Below, piece by piece: positions 28,039-38,326 of a stretch of DNA of 64,000 bases; position 1 is the stretch's first letter; each line of letters begins with the position of its first letter. Below the pieces are notes generated by a model. That model was not told the DNA's origin, ran no database searches, and worked only from the letters and a program-made list of their open reading frames with translations. Position numbers and translations under genes: made by a program. The stretch comes from an uncultured Oscillospiraceae bacterium (GTDB taxonomy: Bacteria; Bacillota; Clostridia; Oscillospirales; Acutalibacteraceae): the NCBI GenBank assembly GCA_900547305.1, contig URGH01000002.1, forward strand, positions 8,829 to 72,828. Direction: 5' to 3'.

Positions 28039-30047
28039 TCTTTCGCTCCCCTTTCCGATAGTTTTTTGTATGTAGGCGAATTGTGCAGGTCGCCCTTAGC
28101 GCCTGTTGTTCTTAAAACGCCGTCCGCACCCTTTTTAATAAGCCCCAATTCGGACAGCACCGTCAGCGATACCTCTGTTTTGGCATAACCGGGGTTTGAA
28201 AGCAGCAAATATTTTATACGCTCCGCACTTGTAGGCGCTGCCGCTATAGCCCTGTAAACCGTTCCGGTCTCCTGCCGTGTGGGGAAGACCTCGTTTGTAT
28301 CAAAATCCTTGCCGGATAAGAAAAGCTCTAAATTATCCATTTCCCTGAAAAGCCTTTCATCATCCGTTCCGCTCATTCTCAGCGCCTTTATCTGAACCGA
28401 TAAATTATATTCACCTGCGTAAAAATTGGTTTCAACCGTAACCGCCGCGTCTAAAATATCTCCCTCTTTAAAGCAAAAGCGCTCGGGTGTTACGCCGAAA
28501 AGCAACGCCTGAAAGGAATTTGTATCCTTTGAAAAAATAAGGCGCAGGTGTTTGCCGCCGCCTATTGGCATAATTCTTGCAAGGGTAACGCCGAAAAGCC
28601 CGAAAACAGGCGCCGGGTTGCCCGTGCCGAACGGCTCTAACTGCTTTATTGCCTCGGAGAGATCGAGTGTAAGCGCCGAGGGCTTTAATCTGCAATCAAG
28701 CCTTAAAACGGGGCATACAAAATCAAGACTTTCGGCATATTCGTTAATTTTCTCCCTAAAGGCGTTTATATTTTCCGTTTTAAGGCTTAAGCCCGCGGCT
28801 TGCTTATGTCCGCCGTACTTTGTAAGTAAATCGGCGGCATAGCTTATAGCCTCAAAAATCGAAAAGCCCTCAATACTGCGGGCAGAGCCTGTGGATATAT
28901 CGCCGTTTTCGGAAATAATGACCGACGGCTTGCCGTAGCGCTCGGTAATTCGCGCCGCCACTATGCCCACAACGCCGGGGTGCCAGTTTTCGCCGCTTAC
29001 CACTATAACGCGGCGGTGGGAAAGCCCCTCTCTTTCTATTATTTCTGCCGCCTTTTCAAAAATACCCTTTTCTGTTCCGCGGCGTTCTGCGTTCAGCGCG
29101 TCTATTTGGTTTGCAAGCTCCAGCGCCTCGGGCATATTGTCGGTTGTGAGCAGCTTAAAGGCAATATCCGCGCTGCCAAGCCTGCCCGCCGCGTTTATTC
29201 TGGGGGCAATGCCGAAGGCTATGCGGGTTGCGTTCATATCGTTTCTGTCAAGCCCAGCCACGCTCATTATCGCCGAAAGCCCCTTTGAAGGCGCGTTTTT
29301 AAGCTTTTCCGTTCCTAATTTTACAATGCTGCGGTTTTCAAATTTAAGCGGCATAACGTCGGCGGTGACCGCCACGCTTAAAATATCGGCATATTCATAT
29401 ATCAGTTCTTCGGGCTCTTTGCCCTCTGCCACGCAAATAAGCTTAAAGGCAACCTCTGCGCCGCATATCTCCTTAAAGTCAGAGGGGCAGCCCGCCCTGT
29501 GCGGGTCTACCACCGCGTCGGCGGCAGGCAGCACCTCTCCCGGCAAGTGGTGGTCGGTAACTATTACCGCCATACCAAGCTCTTTGGCTCTTTCAACCTC
29601 TTTAATGCAGGCAATTCCGTTATCAACGGTTATAATAAGCCCCACGCCGTCTGCCGCCAGTTTTTCCACCGCGGGAATATTCATACCGTAGCCCTCTTCC
29701 ATGCGGTCGGGAATATAGCAAACGCAGTTACACCCGCGGCCTTTAAGGTAGGTATACATAATGGCGGCGGAGCTTACGCCGTCGCAGTCATAATCGCCGA
29801 AAACGGCAATTTTTACGCCGTTTTCCGCCGCACAGTTTAAAATATCGGCGGCTTTTTCAATGTCGGCAAGCAAAAACGGGTCGGAAAAGCAGGGTTCGTC
29901 CGATAAAAATTCCTCTAAGTCAGAGGGGTCGGTATACCCGCGCGAGGAAGCTATAAGCGCAACTATGGGGTCTACCCCGCATTCCTCGGCAAGCTCCTTT
30001 GCGAGAGCTTTATCAAGCTCCGCCGTCTGCCATTTTTTCATTCCCAT
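28035..30047 (-). CDS. recJ: Single-stranded-DNA-specific exonuclease RecJ
   Basis: DHH (DHH motif VTDHH) and DHHA1 domains. Confidence 0.9.
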   Translation of the reverse strand: MGMKKWQTAELDKALAKELAEECGVDPIVALIASSRGYTDPSDLEEFLSDEPCFSDPFLLADIEKAADILNCAAENGVKIAVFGDYDCDGVSSAAIMYTYLKGRGCNCVCYIPDRMEEGYGMNIPAVEKLAADGVGLIITVDNGIACIKEVERAKELGMAVIVTDHHLPGEVLPAADAVVDPHRAGCPSDFKEICGAEVAFKLICVAEGKEPEELIYEYADILSVAVTADVMPLKFENRSIVKLGTEKLKNAPSKGLSAIMSVAGLDRNDMNATRIAFGIAPRINAAGRLGSADIAFKLLTTDNMPEALELANQIDALNAERRGTEKGIFEKAAEIIEREGLSHRRVIVVSGENWHPGVVGIVAARITERYGKPSVIISENGDISTGSARSIEGFSIFEAISYAADLLTKYGGHKQAAGLSLKTENINAFREKINEYAESLDFVCPVLRLDCRLKPSALTLDLSEAIKQLEPFGTGNPAPVFGLFGVTLARIMPIGGGKHLRLIFSKDTNSFQALLFGVTPERFCFKEGDILDAAVTVETNFYAGEYNLSVQIKALRMSGTDDERLFREMDNLELFLSGKDFDTNEVFPTRQETGTVYRAIAAAPTSAERIKYLLLSNPGYAKTEVSLTVLSELGLIKKGADGVLRTTGAKGDLHNSPTYKKLSERGAKE

Positions 30048-30076
30048 TCTTAATTACCTACCGAATTAAAATTGAT

Positions 30077-30853
30077 TTATACAATAACTCCGCGTTTACA
30101 TGCGGCTTTGCATTTGCCGCAGCCTGTGCAGAGGGTGCGGTCTATAACCGCAAGATTATCAATAACCTTTAAAGCGCCGCTCTCGCACGCCCTTTCGCAC
30201 ATTTTGCAGGCTATGCAGGAAACAGAGCAGTTTTTAACCACGGGCGCGCCCTTTTCCTTATTCGAGCAGGCAACCCTTATTTCAGCCGATTTCGGCAGTA
30301 CCGATATAAGCGCTTTCGGACATACCGCAACGCATTTGCCGCAGCCCACGCAAATATCGCCGCAAACGGCAGGTCTGCCGTTTTCAATCGTTATAGCCCC
30401 GAAGGGACATACCGCGGCGCAATCGCCGAAACCGAGGCAGCCGAACGAACATTCAAGCGGACCCGACTGAAGAGCCGCCGCAGCGGCACAGCTTTGCATG
30501 CCGCTGTAAGCGTATTTCAGCTTGGTGTTTTCGCGCGTGCCCTTGCAGGCTATAAAGGCAATTTTAGGTTCGTTTACAACCTCAACGCCCAATATTTCAG
30601 CCAGCGCAGCGGCGGCAGCGGCGCCGCCCGGAGCGCATTTATCGGGTGTTGCCTCCCCTGCGGCTACCGCCGCGGCGTAGCCGTCGCACCCCGAAAAGCC
30701 GCAGGCACCGCAGTTAGCACCGGGCAGAGCCTCGCGTATTTTCTCCTGCTTTTCATCCACCGGCACCGCCATAAACTTTGAGGCGAGCGATAACCCCACC
30801 CCCGCAATAAGACCTATTATGCCGACGATTATAACGGGTAAAAGTATTTCCAT
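30077..30853 (-). CDS. rnfB: Rnf electron transport complex subunit B
   Basis: N-terminal TM helix, Cys-rich 4Fe-4S ferredoxin domains. Confidence 0.9.
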   Translation of the reverse strand: MEILLPVIIVGIIGLIAGVGLSLASKFMAVPVDEKQEKIREALPGANCGACGFSGCDGYAAAVAAGEATPDKCAPGGAAAAAALAEILGVEVVNEPKIAFIACKGTRENTKLKYAYSGMQSCAAAAALQSGPLECSFGCLGFGDCAAVCPFGAITIENGRPAVCGDICVGCGKCVAVCPKALISVLPKSAEIRVACSNKEKGAPVVKNCSVSCIACKMCERACESGALKVIDNLAVIDRTLCTGCGKCKAACKRGVIV

Positions 30854-30857
30854 TTTT

Positions 30858-31442
30858 TTAACCCCCTATTCCGGCAAAGCCTAAAAAGGAAAGCGACACA
30901 AGCGCCGCCGCAACAAGCGTTATGGGCAGACCCTTTAAAAATTCGGGTATATCGGCGGTTTCAAGCCTTTCGCGCACGCCCGAAAACAGCAGCATTGCAA
31001 GCATAAAGCCAAGCCCCGCGCCAAGCGCGTTCACAAGCGACTGCACAAATCCGAGCTCGTTTGTAATGTTGAGCATTGTAATGCCCAAAACCGCGCAGTT
31101 TGTGGTTATAAGGGGCAAATAAATGCCGAGCGCGTTGTATATGGGCTTTATATATCGCTTTAAAACTATTTCGATAAACTGAACTATCGCCGCAATAACG
31201 AGAATAAACACTATCGTTTCAAGATAAGTGTAATTCGGCGAAAGTATAAAGTGGTAAATAGGCCAGGTAACGGCGGTGGAAACCACCATTACAAGCGTTA
31301 CGGCAATGCTCATTGAAAGGGCGGTATCGGTCTTTTTGGAGACGCCCAAAAACGGGCAGATGCCGAGAAATTTTGAAAGCACCATATTATTGGTGAGTAT
31401 GGCCGCCAAAAGAATTGAGGCTATGGAGGTTGCGCTATTCAT
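30858..31442 (-). CDS. rnfA: Rnf complex subunit A
   Basis: 194-aa polytopic protein, RnfA-like. Confidence 0.9.
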   Translation of the reverse strand: MNSATSIASILLAAILTNNMVLSKFLGICPFLGVSKKTDTALSMSIAVTLVMVVSTAVTWPIYHFILSPNYTYLETIVFILVIAAIVQFIEIVLKRYIKPIYNALGIYLPLITTNCAVLGITMLNITNELGFVQSLVNALGAGLGFMLAMLLFSGVRERLETADIPEFLKGLPITLVAAALVSLSFLGFAGIGG

Positions 31443-32124
31443 TTACTTCCGCCTCCTTTTCGCCGTTTTTGCCGCACACGCCTTTAGACGGGCAGCTTTC
31501 GCACCCTAAGTGCTCCACGGGCTTTTTGCCGTTTTTCTTTGCAAGCGCGTTTGAGGCTGCTACCAGCATACCGAAAACGAAAAATCCGCCGGGCGGCAGC
31601 AAAAATATTATCATAGGGCTTATAAAGCGGGAGGTAAGCGGCAGCGAGAAAAGCGAACCCGCGCCCAAAAGCTCGCGTATTGCGCCCATAAGGGTTAAAA
31701 CGGCGGTAAAGCCCACTCCCATTCCGAGGCCGTCAAGCACGCTCGGCAACACCGAGTTTTTAGAGGCGAACATTTCAGCCCTTGCGAGAATTATGCAGTT
31801 TACAACTATAAGCGGCAGGTATATTCCGAGGGATTTATCAATTTCAGGCAAAAACGCCTTTACAAGCATTTGAACAACGCTTACAAACCCCGCTATAATG
31901 GTTATAAACGCGGGTATGCGCACCTTATCGGGAATAATATTGCGCAGCAGCGAAATTGCAAGGTTTGAACATACAAGCACAAGCGTTGCCGAAAGCCCCA
32001 TACCTATGCCGTTTATTGCGGCGGTGGTGACCGCCAAAGTGGGGCATGTGCCGAGCACCAGCCGCAAGGTCGGGTTTTCTTTAATGAGCCCGTTTGTAAA
32101 ATAGCCTAAATATTTATTCTTCAC
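31435..32124 (-). CDS. rnfE: Rnf complex subunit E
   Basis: RnfE-like sequence and gene order. Confidence 0.9.
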   Translation of the reverse strand: MKNKYLGYFTNGLIKENPTLRLVLGTCPTLAVTTAAINGIGMGLSATLVLVCSNLAISLLRNIIPDKVRIPAFITIIAGFVSVVQMLVKAFLPEIDKSLGIYLPLIVVNCIILARAEMFASKNSVLPSVLDGLGMGVGFTAVLTLMGAIRELLGAGSLFSLPLTSRFISPMIIFLLPPGGFFVFGMLVAASNALAKKNGKKPVEHLGCESCPSKGVCGKNGEKEAEVNE

Positions 32125-32704
32125 CGACAGTCGCCCCCTTTACCTTTTCAAAATTATCAAGCGCCGTATTTACCGCGCGGGTCACGGCGGTTGAGGTTAT
32201 TGTGGCGCCCGTTACGGCGTCAACCTCGTTATTTTCCGCCTTAGCGCCGTTTTTAAGCAGAGAAATGCCCTTTTTAAGCCCCGCATACTGCGAGTAAAAG
32301 TTCTCTTTAGCAGCGTTTTGCCCAAGCCCCGGGGTCTCGTTTGAAACGTCGAGTATCGCAACGCCCGCAACCGTGCCGTCGGGCTTTACGGCGGTCATTA
32401 CCGAAACGTCGCCGCCGTAGCCCTTTGCGCTCTCGGTAAATATGTAGGCGGCGGTTTCTCCGCCCTTTACAGCGGCGTAGTACTCTATTCCGCCGTCGCT
32501 GCATTTCTCAAAATCATCGGCACTAACAAGGCTTTGCATATTCTTTTTGCTGTTTTCTTTTTCAAGCTCGGCTATTTTTTTAGCCGTAACCTTATTTGTT
32601 ACGCTTAGCGCCAGCGGAATTATAATGCAAATTGCAAGCAGAACGCCCACGGGCTTTATAATATCCTCGCGGTTTTTCTTTATTGCTTCAATAAATTTAC
32701 TCAC
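32114..32704 (-). CDS. rnfG: Rnf complex subunit G (FMN-binding)
   Basis: N-terminal TM helix plus FMN-bind domain (SGATITS). Confidence 0.85.
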   Translation of the reverse strand: MSKFIEAIKKNREDIIKPVGVLLAICIIIPLALSVTNKVTAKKIAELEKENSKKNMQSLVSADDFEKCSDGGIEYYAAVKGGETAAYIFTESAKGYGGDVSVMTAVKPDGTVAGVAILDVSNETPGLGQNAAKENFYSQYAGLKKGISLLKNGAKAENNEVDAVTGATITSTAVTRAVNTALDNFEKVKGATVGEE

Positions 32705-33629
32705 TCTTTGCCGCCTCCTTTACTTTTTCAAAACCGAACGGCTTTGAAAGTGTGAAACGGTTTATGTGCGGCACTAAAATATTCATAAGCAAAATTGAAT
32801 ATGAAACGCCCTCGGGCAGCGAACCGAATTTTCTTATAACAAATGTTATAATTCCGCAGCCCACAGCGAAAACCGCCTTACCGAGCGGGGTTGTGGGGCT
32901 TGTGGTGTAGTCGGTTGCCATAAACACCGCGCCCAAAATAAGCCCGCCGCCGAAAACGGATAGCATAACGTTTTCGCCCGCAATCAGCGAAAGCAGCGCC
33001 ACCGTGCCTATAAAGCAAACGGGAATTATGGGGGTTATAACCCTGCGTATAACAAGGTACAACCCGCCGACTATCAGCAAAAATGCCGAGGTCTCGCCTA
33101 TCGACCCTGCGTGCATGCCGAAAAACAGGGTTTTAAACGAAAGCACGCCCGCAGTGCCTGCCAAAGGCGTGGCGGAGGTCACCGCGTCGGAAACAGGCTC
33201 TGTAAACCGCGTCATAGCGGCGGGGAAAGAAACAAGCAGCATAATTCTTGCGGCAATGGCGGGGTTTGCAAAGTTATGCCCCAAGCCGCCGAACATTTGC
33301 TTTACCACGATTATAGCCGCAACGCTGCCTATTGCCGCCTGCCAAAGCGGCAGTGTGGGCGGCAGATTCATACCGAGCAGCAGCCCTGTTACAACTGCCG
33401 ACATATCCTTTATTGTATTAGGCTTTTTCAAAGCCTTGTTCCATAAAAATTCGCTTAGTACCGCCACGCCTACACAGGTTATTAAAACCGCAAGAGCGCG
33501 CAGCCCGAAAAGAATACAGCCGTAGGTGGCGGCGGGCGCTAAGGCTATTACCACGTCGGACATAATGCCGCGCGTGGTATCGGGTCTTTTTATGTGCGGG
33601 GATGATGAAACCGTCAGCATTTCTTTCAT
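32697..33629 (-). CDS. rnfD: Rnf complex subunit D
   Basis: NqrB/RnfD-like polytopic protein. Confidence 0.9.
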   Translation of the reverse strand: MKEMLTVSSSPHIKRPDTTRGIMSDVVIALAPAATYGCILFGLRALAVLITCVGVAVLSEFLWNKALKKPNTIKDMSAVVTGLLLGMNLPPTLPLWQAAIGSVAAIIVVKQMFGGLGHNFANPAIAARIMLLVSFPAAMTRFTEPVSDAVTSATPLAGTAGVLSFKTLFFGMHAGSIGETSAFLLIVGGLYLVIRRVITPIIPVCFIGTVALLSLIAGENVMLSVFGGGLILGAVFMATDYTTSPTTPLGKAVFAVGCGIITFVIRKFGSLPEGVSYSILLMNILVPHINRFTLSKPFGFEKVKEAAKSE

Positions 33630-34960
33630 TTCGCCGTCCGCCTCCTTAATTCAGCCTTTGCAAGCCTCATACTTTGCGTGAGCGGTCTGTGCGCGGGACA
33701 TACAAACGCGCAGCTGCCGCACTCCATACAGTAATTAACGTTAAGATTTTCAAGCCTGTCATAAAGCTTGCTATCAAGCGCCGCCTCAACATTTGCGGGA
33801 TAAAGCCGCATAGGACATGCGCCCGCGCAGCGGTCGCAGTGTATGCAGGGCGTAGTATCGGGCGCTGTTCTTTCTTCCATAACAATTATGGCGTTATTGC
33901 GCTTTTCAATAACCGCGTCGGTGCTGCATACGTCTATTCCCATCATAGGACCGCCCATCATTATTTCCGCCGCCGTATCGCTCACGCCGCCAGCAAACTC
34001 CAAAACGTCCTTTATGGGCGTGCCTATGGGAACAAGCAGGTTTTTAGGCTCTTTAACCGCCGTGCCGTCCACCGTTATGCGCTTTGAAACAAGCGGCATA
34101 CCCGTGGTTATAAACCTGTAAAGCGCGGCAACGCTTGTTATATTCATAACAATGCAGCCAACGTCGCTCGGCAGCTTACCGAGCGGCACTTTTCTTCCCG
34201 TTGCCGAATAAATTATTACCTTTTCCGCTCCCTGCGGGTAGCTTGTGGGCAGCTTCATAAGTTTTACGGTATCATCGGTATCGCGCTTATCAGAAGCAAT
34301 GGTGTAAAGCTTTGTAATAGCCTTTTCCTTATTGCTCTCAATGCAGATTATTACTTTTTCAACGCCTAATTTTTCTTTAAGCAGATAAACGCCCTCTATA
34401 ACGTCGTTGTAGTTTTCAATACACTCGCGGTAGTCGCTTGTTATGTAGGGCTCGCACTCCGCGCCGTTTATTATAAGGGTATCAATTTTTGTGTCGTCCT
34501 TAATATTCAGCTTAACGCCCGTGGGAAAGCCCGCGCCGCCAAGCCCCACAAGTCCGCACGCGGCGGCAGCGGCGGCTATATCCTCGCGCGTTTTTACTTC
34601 AAATGGCTTTATACTCGGGTCGGGGGTCTGCTCGCCGTCGGATTTTACAGTCACATATGTAACGCTGCGCCCGTTTACGTTTTCCGCCGCCACGGCGCTT
34701 ACCGTTCCCGAAACGCTTGAATGTACCGGCGCGCTCACAAAGCCGCCCGCCTTGCCTATAAGCATTCCCACATATACCTTATCTCCTACAGCAACAACCG
34801 GCTCCGCCGGCGCGCCTATGTGCTGGAGCATAGGTATTTTAACGCTTTCGGGCGGCGGCATTATAACGGTTTCCGCCTCAGCCGTGCCCTTTAGGTGAGG
34901 CAGCAGCGTTCCGCCGTGAATTCTGCCCACGGGGCGAAGTATTCTTTCCTTTTTTTCCAT
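33626..34960 (-). CDS. rnfC: Rnf complex subunit C
   Basis: NADH-binding fold and two C-terminal CxxCxxCxxxCP ferredoxin motifs. Confidence 0.9.
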   Translation of the reverse strand: MEKKERILRPVGRIHGGTLLPHLKGTAEAETVIMPPPESVKIPMLQHIGAPAEPVVAVGDKVYVGMLIGKAGGFVSAPVHSSVSGTVSAVAAENVNGRSVTYVTVKSDGEQTPDPSIKPFEVKTREDIAAAAAACGLVGLGGAGFPTGVKLNIKDDTKIDTLIINGAECEPYITSDYRECIENYNDVIEGVYLLKEKLGVEKVIICIESNKEKAITKLYTIASDKRDTDDTVKLMKLPTSYPQGAEKVIIYSATGRKVPLGKLPSDVGCIVMNITSVAALYRFITTGMPLVSKRITVDGTAVKEPKNLLVPIGTPIKDVLEFAGGVSDTAAEIMMGGPMMGIDVCSTDAVIEKRNNAIIVMEERTAPDTTPCIHCDRCAGACPMRLYPANVEAALDSKLYDRLENLNVNYCMECGSCAFVCPAHRPLTQSMRLAKAELRRRTAK

Positions 34961-35098
34961 ATTTCAATACTCACTTTCTGAAACAGGATATAATTATTTA
35001 TTATATAATACTATATAACCGAATTATTTTCAAGTTTAAAATGCTTATATTGACAAAACCCTATGCGCGTTATAAAATAATAGCCGGAGGGGTTTAGT

Positions 35099-35638
35099 AT
35101 GAAATTTCAGTTTAACATTGATTTGACCGATAAGGATTATGTTGATTTTAATATTTTTTGGCAGACAAAATCCCGCTACGGCAAAAAAATTCTGACGACA
35201 TTAAGGATTTTTTTGCTGGTACTGTGCTGTATTCCCACGCTGTCGGTAGTGCTTGACATGGGCTTTTCTGCGGAATCGATAATTCCCGGAATTTTGTGGA
35301 TTATAATTATACAGCTGTTACTGGTGCCTTTCTTTAAGCTGATAGCCAAAATTCAAATAAAAGCCCTGATATAAAACGGAAAACCACCCTATTCGCCCCA
35401 TTCGGTGCTTACCTTTTATGAGGACTGCTTTACAGAAGAAACGGAAGACATTAAAACCGAAGTCAAATATTCGGCAATTGACAGAATAAGCATTGTTGAA
35501 AACAAGCTGATTATGATTCATACCAACTCGGTGCAGGCTTATCTGCTGCCTGCAATATGCTTTGGCTCAGATATAAAATATAACCTCTTTAAAGAATTTA
35601 TAAAAACAAAGTGCGCCGCCGTTGATACGTATAAATAA
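35099..35638 (+). pseudogene. YcxB-like membrane protein interrupted by an in-frame TAA at 35372-35374
   Basis: ORFs 35099..35374 and 35405..35638 are in the same frame. The only break is one TAA. Together they have YcxB-like architecture (N-terminal TM pair, C-terminal domain). Confidence 0.45.
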
Positions 35639-35648
35639 GGGTGAAAAA

Positions 35649-36101
35649 ATGAAAAGCTACACAACAAAATCCCCCGAAGAAACTGAAAGCATAGGCTTTC
35701 GGCTGGCGCAAACCCTGCGCGGCGGCGAGGTTATAGCCTTTCGCGGGGGTCTCGGAATGGGCAAAACCTGCTTTACGCGGGGGCTTGCGCGCGGGCTCGG
35801 CTTTACGGGCACGGTTACGTCCCCTACCTTTGCGCTTATAAACGAATATATCGGCGGCAGGCTGCCGCTTTATCATTTTGATATGTACCGAATATCAAGC
35901 TGGGAAGACCTTTATTCCACCGGTTTTTTTGAGTACGCAGAGCAAGGCGGAGTAATTGCGGCTGAGTGGAGCGAAAACATTGAAAACGCCCTGCCCGCAG
36001 GCACTGTAACCGTCAGCTTTGAACAAACGGGCGAAAACGAACGCGTGATAAATATTGACGGTGCGGATGATATTGATTTAACGGAGACTGAAACACAATG
36101 A
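35649..36101 (+). CDS. tsaE: tRNA threonylcarbamoyladenosine biosynthesis protein TsaE
   Basis: Walker A GGLGMGKT. YjeE family. Confidence 0.85.
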   Translation: MKSYTTKSPEETESIGFRLAQTLRGGEVIAFRGGLGMGKTCFTRGLARGLGFTGTVTSPTFALINEYIGGRLPLYHFDMYRISSWEDLYSTGFFEYAEQGGVIAAEWSENIENALPAGTVTVSFEQTGENERVINIDGADDIDLTETETQ

Positions 36102-36814
36102 AAATACTTTCTCTTGAATGTACGGCGGGTCCTGCCTCTGCCGCAATAACCGAGGGCGGGCGTGTTATAGCATCCGCCTTTGTAAACGTAAAGCTTACCC
36201 ACTCGCAAACCCTTTTGCCTATGGCAGAGGGGCTTTTTGCCGCGGCAAGGCTTAATTTGCAGGATATTGACGGGCTGGCAATAAACGCGGGTCCGGGCTC
36301 GTTTACCGGGGTGCGCATAGGCATAAGCGCCGCAAAGGGGCTTGCCGCCGCTCGGAATTTGCCCTGCGTGGGGGTATCTACCCTTTTATCGCTCGCCTTT
36401 AACTACCGCGATACCGATTGCATTGTGTGCGCGGTTATGGACGCGCGCTGCAGCCAGGTATACAACGCGATTTTTGATATTTCGGGCGGCAAAATTACCC
36501 GCCTGTGCGAGGACAGAGCGGTTTTATGCGAAGAACTTGCGGAAAATTTAAAAAAAGTGTCGCAAAACGGAGAAAAACGTGTTATAATAGTGGGCGACGG
36601 CACAGACGTGTTCTTCCCGTTTGCCGAAAATATACCCGGCGTTTGTAAATCGGCGCCCGAGCGCAGGTATCAAAACGCGGTATCCGTAGCCCTTGCGGCA
36701 GAGGATATATTTAAAAACGGCTTATCCGTAACGCCGGACAAGCTGCTGCCCGTATATTTAAGGCTGCCCCAGGCAGAACGCGAGCTTAAAAAGAAAAAAG
36801 AGGTGAGCTTATGA
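36098..36814 (+). CDS. tsaB: tRNA threonylcarbamoyladenosine biosynthesis protein TsaB
   Basis: YeaZ/Kae1-like inactive paralog. 4-nt overlap with tsaE. Confidence 0.85.
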   Translation: MKILSLECTAGPASAAITEGGRVIASAFVNVKLTHSQTLLPMAEGLFAAARLNLQDIDGLAINAGPGSFTGVRIGISAAKGLAAARNLPCVGVSTLLSLAFNYRDTDCIVCAVMDARCSQVYNAIFDISGGKITRLCEDRAVLCEELAENLKKVSQNGEKRVIIVGDGTDVFFPFAENIPGVCKSAPERRYQNAVSVALAAEDIFKNGLSVTPDKLLPVYLRLPQAERELKKKKEVSL

Positions 36815-37257
36815 AAATAGCAGTAGGCTGTGATCACGGCGGATTTGAGCATAAAAACGCAATAGTCGAGCACCTGACCGCCGAGGGCTTTGAGGTGCAG
36901 GATTTCGGCATATACGAAAATAAATCGGTCGATTACCCCGAAATAGCGCTAAAGGTTGCAAACAGCATTAAAAACGGCGAAAACGAGCTGGGAATACTTA
37001 TTTGCGGCACAGGCATAGGTATGTCGCTTGCGGCAAATAAGGTGAACGGCATACGCGCCGCCGCCTGCAGCGAGCATTTCTCGGCAAAATACACCAGACT
37101 TCACAATAACTCCAACATATTATGTCTCGGCGGCAGAGTAATAGGTATCGGCACGGCGCTTGAGCTGTGCGATATTTTTGTCAACACCGAGTTTGAGGGC
37201 GGGCGTCATCAGCGCCGCGTTGATATGATAACCGAAATTGAAAAATCTAATTCTTAA
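36811..37257 (+). CDS. rpiB: Ribose-5-phosphate isomerase B
   Basis: MKIAVGCDHGG... RpiB/LacAB signature. Confidence 0.9.
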   Translation: MKIAVGCDHGGFEHKNAIVEHLTAEGFEVQDFGIYENKSVDYPEIALKVANSIKNGENELGILICGTGIGMSLAANKVNGIRAAACSEHFSAKYTRLHNNSNILCLGGRVIGIGTALELCDIFVNTEFEGGRHQRRVDMITEIEKSNS

Positions 37258-37271
37258 GGGAGTAATAAGCA

Positions 37272-37904
37272 ATGAAAGATAACGTATTTATTATGGACCA
37301 CCCGCTTATTCAGCATAAGCTTTCCATCCTGCGCGATGAAAAAACAGGCTCTAAGCAGTTCCGCGAGCTTGTAAGCGAAATAGCAATGCTTATGTGCTAT
37401 GAATCAACAAGAGACCTGCCGCTTACCGAGGTTGAAATAAAGACCCCGATAACCACCGCCAAAACCAAAAAGCTTGCCGGCAGAAAAATGGCGTTTGTAC
37501 CCATTTTAAGAGCGGGGCTCGGTATGGTAGACGGCGTTTTAAGCCTTATTCCTGCGGCTAAGGTGGGTCATATAGGTATGTACCGCGACCCCGAAACACA
37601 CAAGCCGGTTGATTACTACTGCAAGCTGCCCGCCGACCTTAACGAGCGCGATGTTTTTGTGCTTGACCCCATGCTTGCAACGGGCGGCAGCGCTATTGAC
37701 GCGGTTACCAGAATAAAGGAATTTAACCCCAAGCGCATTAAGTTTATGTGCATTATAGCCGCTCCCGAGGGAATTGAGGCATTCACCGCCGCTCACCCCG
37801 ACGTGCCGGTTTACTGCGCGGGACTTGACGACCACCTTAACGACCACTGCTATATAGTCCCCGGTCTCGGTGACGCGGGCGACCGTATTTTCGGTACAAA
37901 ATAA
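37272..37904 (+). CDS. upp: Uracil phosphoribosyltransferase
   Basis: 210 aa. PRPP-binding [11 protein letters not shown]. Confidence 0.95.
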   Translation: MKDNVFIMDHPLIQHKLSILRDEKTGSKQFRELVSEIAMLMCYESTRDLPLTEVEIKTPITTAKTKKLAGRKMAFVPILRAGLGMVDGVLSLIPAAKVGHIGMYRDPETHKPVDYYCKLPADLNERDVFVLDPMLATGGSAIDAVTRIKEFNPKRIKFMCIIAAPEGIEAFTAAHPDVPVYCAGLDDHLNDHCYIVPGLGDAGDRIFGTK

Positions 37905-37913
37905 GCAGAAATA

Positions 37914-37962
37914 AAGCATTTCCCCGAGCTTTGACTAGTACCAAAGCTCGGGGAAATGCTTT
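37914..37962. terminator. Bidirectional intrinsic terminator (20-bp stem) between upp and the XRE regulator
   Basis: AAGCATTTCCCCGAGCTTTG...CAAAGCTCGGGGAAATGCTT perfect inverted repeat. Confidence 0.6.
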
Positions 37963-37989
37963 AATATAAGAAACGTCCGTGTGTGATTG

Positions 37990-38211
37990 CTATTTTTTAA
38001 TGGGCGTAGGAGTATCGGAAAGGCCAATCATGTAATCCGCAGATATATTATAAAAACGGCAAAGGATTACCAGGTCCTCAATTTTGAGCTCCGCCCGTCC
38101 CGTTTCTATATGATTATATCCCTGTTGACTTTTTTGCAAAAGCCTGCCTATTTCCGCTTGCGTCAGATCGTGATCCTCCCGTATGTTTCTTATTCTTGTG
38201 CGGTAATCCAT
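37990..38211 (-). CDS. XRE-family HTH transcriptional regulator
   Basis: 73 aa. HTH LTQAEIGRLL. Paralogous to 39716..39949. Confidence 0.8.
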   Translation of the reverse strand: MDYRTRIRNIREDHDLTQAEIGRLLQKSQQGYNHIETGRAELKIEDLVILCRFYNISADYMIGLSDTPTPIKK

Positions 38212-38257
38212 ATAATAACCCCCTTAATTATATATTTCAATTTTATTTACTCATAAA

Positions 38258-38293
38258 TTGAGTATTGACAAATACTCAAAGATTGAGTATAAT
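38258..38293 (+). promoter_or_regulatory. Promoter TTGACA-17-TATAAT with its -35 embedded in a perfect palindrome (TTGAGTATT-gaca-AATACTCAA). Likely XRE operator.
   Basis: 9-bp inverted-repeat arms with a 4-nt spacer overlap the -35 of the lipoprotein gene promoter. Confidence 0.45.
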
Positions 38294-38326
38294 GTATTTA
38301 AAATATTAAACACGGGGGTTAAATTC

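Noticed and set aside
28963-29691. Long plus-strand ORFs lying antisense inside big minus-strand genes (e.g. 28963..29691, 3793..4356, 44601..45254 opposite-frame, 33004..33525, 23759..24244)
   Set aside because: They overlap well-supported genes (recJ, the NHL protein, rnfD, hemZ-like). They have low-complexity Ala/Ser/Arg-rich translations and no RBS. These are typical shadow ORFs in GC-rich coding DNA.
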